A program made the translations under genes and the position numbers. A stretch of DNA of 64,000 nucleotides from Chrysomallon squamiferum (Eukaryota > Animalia > Mollusca): assembly GCA_012295275.1 (NCBI GenBank), contig CM022668.1, forward strand, positions 3,968,001 to 4,032,000, in the 5' to 3' direction. How positions within the stretch are numbered: position 1 is the first letter of the stretch; each line of letters starts with the position of its first letter. Below are positions 1 to 11,276 of the stretch, in pieces. The notes beneath the pieces are model-generated. The model worked only from the letters and a program-made list of their open reading frames with translations, made no database searches and had not been told where the DNA came from.

Positions 1-369
1 TTTAATTCTTTCTTTATATATATTTTTTTCTCTCTATCTATCATATATACACATACAAAAACATAAGAAATACGTACATAAGTACACACAATATGACACT
101 CGAGACCTGACTATGCAGTATACTGTACAATATTGAGTATACTAAAATTCGTGATTTTCATAATTTATTTTAACTTGAATTCTATTTCCAAAATTGAAAA
201 AAATAAAAATATGTATCAATAGAAAGGTGTTATTCAGTGTAATATATACCACAGTATACTCAAGGTTATATCGATGAGGTGTTTTAACTCTCCCAAACAC
301 GAATCAGGGAAAATAAACAATAAAACGTGCTAAAAGAAAACTCCTTAAACTTCGGGCATCCCCTTCCAA

Positions 370-385
370 TACGTCACCGGAAGTG
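370..385 (+). promoter_or_regulatory. Candidate promoter element of the TPR gene: CRE half-site abutting an ETS site (TACGTCACCGGAAGTG)
   Basis: ACGTCA is followed directly by CCGGAAGT, about 70 bp upstream of the ATG at 453, in a locally CpG-containing patch. Confidence 0.45.
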
Positions 386-452
386 AGGAAATCCAGTATT
401 ATTGTGAAGATGTTCGATCGCAGTGAAACATTATATTAAATAGTCACTGAGA

Positions 453-1618
453 ATGGCAAAAGCGAAGGTAAGTCAGATAGTAGGCTATAACACTTTGCTG
501 TGATATAATGATACTATCGTAAACAAAATAAATCCTACCCGAAATTGAGATTTAATGTTTTGTTTTTACGATTTGCTTTAGTAAGTTAGTAACTGAATAA
601 GATTAATCATTAAGAAAGACCCCATTACATGATGATTACTCATTAGACCGTTCTTAATAATATGGTTTATTGTTACACATTGTTTATGTTCATCACGCAT
701 CCGTCAGTATAATTTTTGTTTTGTATGCATATTTATTTCTTTAATGTGTTAGCAGTGTGTAGATTTATTTTCCTGTTGATTAAAATCACACTTTAACTTT
801 AGCATTTAAATATACACTTAATTGTATAATATGAAACATTTATTTATTTAGGCAGAAGAGTTGAAGGAACTGGGTAATGTGGCTATACAAAAGGGGAATG
901 TTCTAGAAGCTATGATTCACTATACTCATGCTATCAAGTATGATCCACAGAATCATCTGCTGTACAGTAACCGGTCTCTGGCTTTCCTCAAGTCACAGCA
1001 GTATTATTTTGCTATGGACGACGCCTGCAAAACTATAAAACTGAAACCCAGCTGGCCAAAAGTATATTTATAATGCACCACATACTTTGATGCTGTTGCA
1101 TGCCAGTGGATATTGAGATATAGCCATTTTTATCAGTATTCACTTTAGACTAAGATACTGGTCATATCCAGTTGATGTGTACTTATAATGTCACATTATG
1201 TATTAGTAACAGTTTTACTGTTATCCATTCTTTTTATGTACCACTATTTAACATTTTCCCCCTACCTACTATCAACCAGTGTATAATTATGTTTGTTAAA
1301 TACTTCTCTTAAGTTGTGAATCAAACTTTTCATAACATCTGTCCATGGAGTTATTCTTTTCATTTAATATGATTCTGCTATTTGTTTAATTCAAATTATT
1401 GTTATTTTGTTTCTCTTGTGTTGTATTATTATTTATTATTTTAGTTATTTATTTTTATAATTTTTTCCCCCCACTTTTCACAGGGATTTTACAGGAAAGG
1501 AGAAGTGGAATATGAGGTTGGAAGATACACAGATGCTCTAAAATCTTATCAGGTAAAAATTCAATTAAAAAAAAAAGTCCAGTCTGATGAAATATAAATT
1601 ATATTTAAATATACATAC

Positions 1619-1662
<44 letters not shown>

Positions 1663-4010
1663 TTATACACATACACATATACAAATACAAATACAAACAC
1701 AAACATGCACATAATGTATTTATATACATATTTAAAATATGGTATAAAGTATATAACATACAAATTTAGAGCACATTTTGATGATTAATATCTTTTTAAT
1801 ATTATTACAGATCTTTATTAAATAAAGTTGTTATGTTTTGCAGAAAGCGATGGATTTAGATCCAAATGATTCAAAAGTCAAAGATGCCATTGACAAGGCC
1901 AACAGAGAAATTGAGAAGGAGAAGAAAAGTAATAATAATTTAAATCAAATTTCATTTGTTTCATTTCTGTATTTTATTGTTGATATAACTAATATATTAT
2001 TATTCTTTAAATATAATTTCAAAACAGCTTTAAAATTATTAGTATTATAGTTATACTAGAAGTACTTATAACACTATCAAGTATATTAGCAGCAGTAATC
2101 TAGTTGTACTCAGTATCTTTGTTACTACTACTACCAAGGCCGTAACTTGACTTTGTTTGTAATGAGGCAAAAACACATAATTGCTGAGCAGAACAATTTG
2201 AGTGAGGGGTCTGAGGGCCACCTAAGGCTCCCAGAAGCTCTGACTTGAAAGAAGCAAAATCCTCAATTCTAGCCATTTATATTTTTAAAATGAAATCTTT
2301 GTACAAAAATAAAAAAAATTACCATTTTGGTATGAGGCATTTGCCTCAATGTAGTTACAGTTATGACTACTATAATGCTATGACAATTATAGTTATTATT
2401 GCTGTTGTTATTATTATTATTACTATTATTATTATCTTTTGCAGTTGAAACAAGACAACCACTGATGTTTGCCGGTGCAGGCATCCTTATTGGTTCACTC
2501 ATTGTTTTAGCAGATGTGTTTGTTGCTAAGCAACCATCTCTATCGGTAAGTCATTTTTGGATTTGAGATGTCAGATTCTGTGGATTTCATATTAGATGTA
2601 GTAACAAGTTTTATTTACATTCATTATTTATTAATTTCTTTAAAAAAATGAGCAGACGGCTATCAAACATTTTGAAAACTCTAACATTATACAGAAAGAG
2701 TAATGTATTATTTTCAGAATTCAATTCTTCAGATATTGATAATCCTTGTGTTTGGAGCTCTGGGTTTTGGAATATCAAAATTATATAGGTAAGTTTGAAA
2801 ACTGTTAATACTTTTCTTGTATATGTATTATCTCCAAACAGAAATAGTAAGAAATATATATATTGAAATACAGTATATTTTAATTCATTCAGATTTAAAA
2901 TTTAACATTATCTATCCTTTGTGTTTTATATATTCCACCATATGTATTCAGTTTTGTTGCATTATCTTTACAAAATTATGTTATTTGAGATTAACTTTTA
3001 TTCAGAACACTGGTTTTCAACCTTTTTCAAACCGCGACCCCTTATGAGCAACTCAATATGACTGCTGACCCCCCACTTTAAAATTTTTGATTCAATAATA
3101 TCTAGGGTTACCCTATTTTCCTCAACCAAAGACAGTACAAATGGAATCTAGACAGATCATTAGGCTATATTATAGAAACACAGGGTTCGAAACATCTCTT
3201 TTACTGTAACTGGAGATTATGTTGTATTATCTTACTTTATTTCAGGTTCATGTTGAAGTCTCAGAAAAATTCACTTTTAGACCGTCCTCTAGATCTGTTA
3301 GATGGTAATTAGGATTTTTAAATAATAAGCTGAACTTTGTAGAAACCTTCTAAACCAAATTGTATTTATTACTTTTACATTTGTGTGAAGATGTTCTCTT
3401 TCTCTTTTATAAGTATTTTCTAATATCTACAGTTAGTATTGAGTAAAAACTTGAGTAAGTGTATATGTGTGTGTGTGTAAAAAAATCCTACAAAAGAACA
3501 AAAAATAAAAAAAATTTAAAAGCACCTTGACAGGAGATGTAAATCATTGCCAAGTCGTTTCATACTGTCAGTGATATTTTTTTTTCATTGTTGATTTTTT
3601 TAAAATATTTCTGTACAGTAAAAAAAAAACTGTCAGCATCCAAAGTCTTATTTTTGTCACAGTTTATCAATTATTTATACACTTAAAAAGATAAAAGAAG
3701 CTTCTTAAATACAACAGTTTTTCTTGGGATTTATGTGTTTGAGAGAGAGAGAACTATTTTGTGCCAAGGAGGAGCATTTGTCCATGCAGACCCTTCTACT
3801 GGCATCATTGTATATAAATAATTGTATTTAGTATATTTATCTGTATGTATTTTGACATCTTATATATATATATAAATATATATTTGCACTTATCTGTTTA
3901 TAACAGAGACTGAAAATGTAGCAGCAGAGACTGACACTGAACCAAGCATGAAAAATGCAGCAGGAGGCAAAGCAGCTGCCTACCAGAGACACAGAAAAGG
4001 AAAAAGCTGA
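453..4010 (+). CDS. TPR-repeat (Hop/STI1 TPR1-like) protein with two C-terminal transmembrane helices, about 237 aa, 8 exons
   Basis: Exons 453-467, 852-1061, 1484-1552, 1844-1928, 2445-2545, 2718-2788, 3246-3304, 3907-4010. All introns are GT-AG, phases are consistent, total 714 nt ending TGA. Three TPR motifs (ELKELGN...YSNRS...WPKGFYRKG) are followed by the hydrophobic segments LMFAGAGILIGSLIVLADVFV and ILQILIILVFGALGFGISKLY. Confidence 0.85.
2135..2365. mobile_element. Non-autonomous DNA transposon (MITE-like) in intron 4 of the TPR gene
   Basis: Imperfect terminal inverted repeats (CAAGGCCGTAACT ... AGTTACAGTTATG), inner inverted pair AATGAGGCAAA / TTTGCCTCAAT, and a GC-rich core (GGGGTCTGAGGGCCACCTAAGGCTCCCAGAAGC) in AT-rich intron. 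Confidence 0.55.
3008..3085 (+). mobile_element. hAT/Charlie-like transposon terminal fragment, copy 1
   Basis: CACTGGTTTTCAACCTTTTTCAAACCGCGACCCC...; a near-identical reverse-complement copy lies at about 44081-44157. The start resembles Charlie-type termini (CAGTGGTTCTCAACCTT). Confidence 0.6.
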
Positions 4011-4650
4011 TACATTTTTTATTTCTTTCTACCTCATCATTTAATGGACCAAGATACTGAATTGTTGTTGTATGTTCACTGGCTGCAATTCAATTGCTAA
4101 AAACTGCCATATTAATCTGTTTTGTATCATGAATTTTCCACATAATTTTACTGTCTTAATAAAACTCTTGAAAAAGTGTTGTAATAATATTTAGTAATGT
4201 TAAAGGATATTTAACACATTTGTTATATTATTATTATATTATTCTGAAAATAGCCAGACTAAATGTTTCTATTTATGAATCACATTTTCAAAGAAAAGTA
4301 AAATTTTGGAATGTGTTTAATAAAGAAAAGACAATTCTTGTTAAATGATCACATATGAATTTTCAATTATATAAAAACAAATAGTGGAAACTCAGTTTAA
4401 TTTTTTGAAACAAAAGAATTGTATTTTTGGGGTTTGATTTAAAAACTGTAGAAATGAGCATATATAGACAAATAAAATAAAATAAAATAAAATAAAAAAT
4501 GGATAAATATAGGATTTTTTGTTTGTTTTCAATTTGTTTTAAATACTGATATTCTTTTTCTTATTTTATAAGAAAATTTAAATTAATATAGCCAATATAT
4601 TAAAAGAATGGAGATTATATAATGAAATAAATAATAATAACAAGATATCA

Positions 4651-6347
4651 CTATGATGGAATGTCCAGTTTTGTTCTGATAAAATTTGTTACCATGGTAA
4701 TGTTATTGGTCAAAACATCATCAACATCACTGTTTTGGATGATAAAATCCCAGTCTGTGACATCATCTAAACCACATTCTGATTCAGCATCATCTACACC
4801 TGAAATTTTGTGAGAAAAACATTCTGTTAGTTTGATTAACTGATAAATTGGAGACAAAAACAATGAATTATTTATATTATTTTACACTGAATATTTTTAC
4901 ATTTAAATAAATTTTTCACTTTTTTCCTGAAAATTCATGAAGGTTATAATATCATATCAACAATTCATGGTCTGTAAAGGAAATTATTATCTTTAATTAT
5001 GAACATTAAAAATGTTTCATGTTTGTTCTCCATATGCGTAGGAAAACATTCAGCTCTTTCCAGTAGCAGAAGAAATTCTCCAGTTCAGGAAAGCTAAAAT
5101 TAGCTCTTTGTTGTTAATGCCAAATAATTCTTCCCTCACAAAGGAAAAACTCTCCACTGTTTTCCAGTAGATCCTCTCTGCATTCTCACTCAGAAACAAC
5201 CACTTCCCATTCAATCATTGCAGGGGATTTTTGTTCCATCCCTTTACAGTTTAAAACTTTTACAACAATAAAAATCTCTACACTTTCACAAGTTGCCTAC
5301 AAGTAAAATATTCCATTTCTTTTAATGAAATAAAACTGTCCAGTTTTCATGTATATCACCTAATCCAAGAGAAAGTGATTGTACAAAACTTACATAAAAT
5401 ATTTTAACAAATATATTTTACATTTTTGTAAGTTTGATTTTGGTGAAACTATTAATACCTGCTGTGAAAACAAATCCACGTTTTTTTCTTACATCTTCAT
5501 CTGCTACTACCCTCACAGTTGTGGTGCACTGTGGGTAGTTTTTTTTGAAGAAATCGATGTCAGTTTTTCTGCGGGCATCACTGATTATCCAGACAGGTTT
5601 GTCTGCCTCTGGACCAGATGTTGCATGTCGACAGAAAAATCCAGGATCAGCTTTTCTCATCTCCTCCCCCCATACAATCATGTCTCGACGATAACATTCC
5701 TTATATTCTGAGGCATCGAGCAATTTGTCAAAGTCTAAATCATGTTCCTTAACAAAACAAAGCAAAATTGTTTAATCTTTTTATTATTATATTTTTCTTT
5801 TTGAGACTTACAATAACAATATATTAAACAGATAACAATTTTCTTTTACACTTAATAATTAACTCTGAGTGCCAGTGACAGTAATAATATTTAATAATAA
5901 ATGCAATTCAAACATTAAATAAATTTAATTTCAATGCTGTTTAGTACAAATACTTATAAGATGAAAATAAATTTCACATAAATTAAAATGAAATATACGT
6001 TATTAAATTATTTTACAAAATATTAATACTGCTAATAAATATGTATTTAGATTTAAGAACCAATAAAAAAATTAGTGTCAATAATTTTTTATTTAACTTA
6101 CTAGTGCATACTGCTTTTTCAATGGAGCAGACAGTCTCATTATGGCACATATTTCATCTGTCAACCTGAATCAATAACAGTAGTTAAAAATATCACTTAA
6201 TAAATGCCAGGCACAGCTACAAAAACAAGTTAGAAATTTATTAAATATATTTTTTTATAATTACATAAAACTAAATAATTCATGTAACTGTTGCAGATAC
6301 ATTTTATAGTTCTTTTAATTATTTTGATAAAGGATTAATATTTAGAT

Positions 6348-6398
<51 letters not shown>

Positions 6399-6671
6399 TT
6401 ATAAATATATAAAAATTGTAAACCATATTTAAATAACGTTTCAATAGAATTAAAACTATGGCTAGACATCTCAAGGTTCAGACATAACAGTAACAGTAAA
6501 GAGAACCAGTCGAGCCACCTGCTACTTCACTCGGTACGCATTCGCGTTAAAGTTTATATCACAGAAATTACAATATATATATATATCGTACATGTTTTGA
6601 AGAATATTGGTGACATAATCTTTTCCTGATTTTCTTTTGCCACTAAAAACTAAAATAACAAGTGGTGACAT
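4651..6671 (-). CDS. PMVK: Phosphomevalonate kinase (animal type), about 193 aa, 4 exons
   Basis: Exons 6671-6592, 6165-6102, 5747-5459, 4799-4651 (582 nt, GT-AG). Motifs: FSGKRKSGKDY (P-loop), RLSAPLKKQYA, YKECYRRDMIVWGEEMR, WIISDARRKTD, GVDDAESECGLD. Confidence 0.96.
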
Positions 6672-7203
6672 TTGTTTAGATTCAGTGTATGATCACGTTA
6701 TTTACTGTCGGCCTTTCGTCTTCTTTTTATAATTTCCACTTTTTATAACGAGAACCGACAAACTAGTTTAGTTTTTACCTTACTGTTTTGATTATAATAT
6801 CCATAATAATTAATATGTTTAGAGTTAGGTAGATTCTCTTTATATATTCAACGTTGTTTATGCAATTAATTTTTATTTGGTTTTAATTTGTAATTTTACA
6901 GTTTAGATTTATACCTTGTGAGCAGACGTTTTGCTCAGTAACTTGTAAAAATGTAAGTATGAGAATTAAGAATATATATTAATCATTTACTGATTTAGCT
7001 TTCATTTTTTGTGCTATTACTACTACTATTAGTAAATATAAAACTCTTCTAATCTTTCCCTTTCGATTTCTAATAAAATCAGCGTTTTATTCAACCGGCG
7101 ATAATTCAAAGAGCTCTTCGTTTTTTAAAGCATTCACAAATATTAAAACATTGAAGAAATAGCACCCTTACTCATCTAATTAACCTACACAATTGGAACC
7201 AAA

Positions 7204-7214
7204 GAGGCGGGGCT
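7204..7214 (+). promoter_or_regulatory. GC-box (Sp/KLF-like GAGGCGGGGCT) in the divergent PMVK/TRMT1 upstream region
   Basis: Isolated GC-box match between the PMVK ATG (6671) and the TRMT1 acceptor (7495). A non-coding first TRMT1 exon is implied but its donor is unresolved (candidates near 6953 and 7244). Confidence 0.3.
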
Positions 7215-7528
7215 AGGGAATGATTTTTTTTTTCAGTAATGAAGTAAGATTTGTTTATTCATTATATGTTACTTCCAAATCAGAAACTATCTGGCAGTTT
7301 AACAAATATTTAACTTGGAAGTATATTTTATAATTTTTAAACCCAGATTTAAACAGACTGACTTTGCCAGTGAAAAGTCCTTTATTAATAGTAGTACTAG
7401 TGTTAAGTGAAACAACATTGCATAATTTAATATCATTAATAACTGTGTTTCTTTCTTTCCTTTAATATTATTATTATTATTATTATTATTTGCAGATGCT
7501 GTAGTTCTTCAAAGCATGATTATGCCAA

Positions 7529-10500
7529 ATGTTCAGAAGCATTCCAAGTGTTATATTAATCAGAGTGTATAGGAGAACATTCCAGATTAGAAAATTCCAT
7601 CTGGAGTTTTACACTAACATGGCACAGATGGAAACAGAAAGTATCATAGTTCGAGAAGGAGAAGCTGAAGTTCTCACTCCTGCCTCAGTTTTCTACAACC
7701 CTGTACAAGAATTCAACAGAGATTTGACTGTTGCAGTTATTTCTCAATATTCCAGAGAACACTTCAAAAACCAGAAGCTGAAAAACATTAAACTGGAAAA
7801 TACATCAGAAAGTGGAAAGAATGAGGAAGTCAGTACAAGTTTAGAAACCATTAACTTAGATAGTGAAAATGGAAAAAGTGACCTGAAATGTGGAGAATCA
7901 TTTGAGAATGGAATTAGAATCTTTGAGGGTCTGTCTGCATCTGGACTCAGATCTGTAAGGTTTGGGTTGGAGGTGCCTGGGGTTAAAGAGGTGATAGCTA
8001 ATGACTTTGACAAAAATGCTGTTGATTTTATTGAGAAGAACATAGAGAAGAATAATTTGTGTGGTTTGGTGAAATCAAGTTTTGGTGATGCTGCCATGGT
8101 TATGTATAAGAACAAGGGATTTGCAGACAGATTTGATGTTATTGACCTTGACCCTTATGGAAGTCCTTCAATGTTTCTGGATGCAGCTGTCCAGGCTGTC
8201 AGAGATGGTGGACTGTTGTGTGTCACCTGTACGGACATGGCGGTCATGTGTGGAAATGCCAGTGAGACATGCTACTCTAAGTATGGAAGTATGTCTCTGA
8301 AAGGTAAATTCTGTCATGAGATGGCTCTACGAATTATTCTGCAGTCAATCGAGTCTCATGCAAACCGCTATTCTAGGTACATAGTCCCACTCATTTCAAT
8401 GAGTGTTGACTTCTATGTACGAGTGTTTGTCAGAGTATTCACAGGACAACTCAAAGTGAAAGAATCAGCGAGCAAACTGGCCATGGTTTATCATTGCACT
8501 GGCTGTGGTGCATATAGTCTGCAAAGACTTGGAGTAAAAATACCTACAAATGGAAATAACTACAAGTTCACTGCATCAACCGGACCACCAGTGGGTCCCT
8601 TATGTGAACACTGTGGGTTTAAACATCATTTTGGTGGACCTATTTGGGTGGATCCAATCCATGATGTAGATTTCATACAGAGTGTTTTGAACAGTGTGCG
8701 TGATGAACCAGACAAGCTGAGTACCTCAGAGAGGATTGTTGGAATGTTGAGTGTGATGAGTGAAGAGCTGACTGATGCTCCGCTGTATTACGTACTGGAT
8801 GACCTGTGTAACACTCTGCACTGCACTCCAGTTAGTATGCAGCAGTTTAGGTAAAAACAGCAAGTAACATACAGGAAATATACAACACTGTAAACTTGTA
8901 TAAAAACATACTTACATAATATATTTAACATTTCATTTAATAAATATTTAACACTACACTTGTACATACAGGAAATATATAACAGTGTAACTTGCATAAA
9001 AACATACTTACATAATATATTTTACATTTCATTTAATAAATATTTAACACTACACTTGTACACAGCAATAAATTTAACTACATATTTTTTTATATAACTT
9101 TATATTTTCTTTCTACTTTGTCCTTTTAGACACTTTTTACTTCTCTCAGTCTTTATTTTGTAAACTTAATAACAGTTTAACTGAATAAATAGCAGTATTT
9201 TATTGATATTGCAGATCAGCCATTTTGAATGCTGGATATAAAGTTTCTTTGTCCCACGCAGCAAGAAACTCACACAAAACTAATGCACCAGCTGAGGTGA
9301 TCTGGGTAAGCAGTGATACACGAGCGAGTAGGCTGTTTTACTCACATTTAATTGTTTATTCAGATTTAAACCACAATTCTACTAGTAATATAACTGTCAC
9401 TTAACTATAGTGGAGTTGTTATGAATAAAAATGGTAGAAAAAAGTTATTCATAATACTTAACATGAGCAGTTGATGAACAGTCAAGCAATTGTTGTTTAT
9501 TACATTATAGGGTATACGTATCATTAAGATTAATTTAGTAAATATTTTAAAATATTGGCAACCAGAAAAAACAAATGCATAAAGTCAACAAAACTGTTAG
9601 CACCGCAGTATTTAAACTAGGATAAGTTACAAGTTTTATAGCAAACATTTGTTATACTGCTGATGAAAAAATCACTGTATCTCTGATTAAACTTTAAAAT
9701 TTTACCTTAATAATATTAGCATTAAAACATTCTTAAAATTATTTATATAATCAGTTTTGTATCTTGTTATACAAATTACTTTAATTTTCTCAGGACATAC
9801 TGAGGACTTGGATTAAAGATCATCCAGTGAAAGCAAGTAGACTAAAGGAAGGAACAGTGATAAAAGCAGTTTTAGAAAAAGAGCCAAAGTACAAAATTTC
9901 ATTTAATCTTCACCCTGATGCAAATCCAAAGTCAAGACAACAAGGACTGTTACGTTGGCAACCAAACCCAGAGAAGGAATGGGGACCCAAACCACGAGCA
10001 AAGAAATCTGGGAATACAAACATGGTGGAAGTGCGAGAGAAAAAACAGGGAAAAAGAAAAGCTGAAAAGGTGAATTTCTAATTCATAGTTATTTAGTATT
10101 CTCATAAATACACTCACATAGGGTAGGGAATATGTTCAGGTGCTGGTTCATTTTGTAAGTTTTGTAGTGTAAACATTTGGAAAATGTGTTTATTATTGTA
10201 TTTTAAATTTAGGTTTCCATTCTGTAGTATTTGTTGATAGCAGACATGTCTGGGTACAACAGTTGCATTCTGGATCTAAAGTAGGTAAATATTTTATTCT
10301 TTGTTACTGCAGTGCTGTGATTCACCAGTTTTCTCAAAAGGGCATTTATATTTATAGGAAATGAACAAAAATCGGCATAATGTCTGATGAAATGCAGTTT
10401 CAGTGTCAGTACATGTACATTTGCAGTACTTTCAGCAAATATCACTTGTATTTGTTTTGAAACCATTTTTTCAGTTCAGTTTATCTACTTTATTACTTTC

Positions 10501-10646
10501 TTATTTGACAGCAACAGGCACCTCATCGAAAACAGTTTCCATGTAAAAGGTTTAAAGAAGGCTGCTGTCAACTTGGAGATGAATGCTGCTACAACCATGA
10601 CAATGTCCAAACTGAAGATGTCAACATTTCTAAAAATAACAGCTGA
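7529..10646 (+). CDS. TRMT1: tRNA (guanine(26)-N2)-dimethyltransferase with C-terminal CCCH zinc finger, about 607 aa, 4 coding exons
   Basis: Exons 7529-8850, 9215-9305, 9794-10069, 10512-10646 (1824 nt). Motifs: [73 protein letters not shown], and CCCH finger [27 protein letters not shown] at 10712. Confidence 0.96.
8867..9062. repeat. Tandem duplication of a ~97-bp unit just inside a TRMT1 intron
   Basis: ACATACAGGAAATA...ACACTACACTTGT starts at 8867 and again at 8964, with few differences. Confidence 0.85.
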
Positions 10647-11235
10647 TTACTTATATAACTTTTCTAAATCAAATTTGATAAACATTTATATACAGAGAGT
10701 ATTAACTTTATAATAAATGTTTGGATTTTTTATTACATGTTTTTATTTTTCCTTGACATTTTATGATGACACAGTTTGAGTATGTTATTCCAGATAGTTT
10801 TCTGAAATTTCATTCAGTGATATTAAAAACAGAAAACTTCAACAAAAAGAGATACAAGTGTATACTGTTTTATTGACATCAAAATAAATATTAAAATCAT
10901 TTCATTTATCACAGAAAAATTGGAAGAAGTAAAACAACAGCAGATTTCACAAATAATCACAGTTTTGGTTTTAGCAGAATGTGATAAACATTTACATATA
11001 GGAATGTGCTGGTACAAAAATGATTATAAAAAAACGTACAACTTAACAACCATATTTACAGTTTTGACGATGAATTTGTTTACCTTTATCTGTTTATGAA
11101 GTGGGTATTCTCAATCAACAATGTTTAATTTGTTAATTAGTTTTATTTAAGAAGTAAGATTTGAAAATAATATTTATTTCTTCATTATTATTATTTCATT
11201 TTATCTGCTGTTATAAATTCTTTCTAATATAAATC

Positions 11236-11276
<41 letters not shown>

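Noticed and set aside
3990-4010. C-terminal RKGKS as an ER-retrieval dilysine signal
   Set aside because: The lysines are at -2 and -4, not the canonical -3/-4 or -3/-5.
7744-8300. Overlapping ORFs within TRMT1, and similar ones inside the GPCRs, AAGAB and IQCH exons
   Set aside because: Shadow frames of real coding exons with no recognisable motifs.
9660-9687. TGATGA...CTGA C/D-box-like pair in a TRMT1 intron (also near 20815)
   Set aside because: Far too short for a snoRNA, with no terminal stem or recognisable guide.
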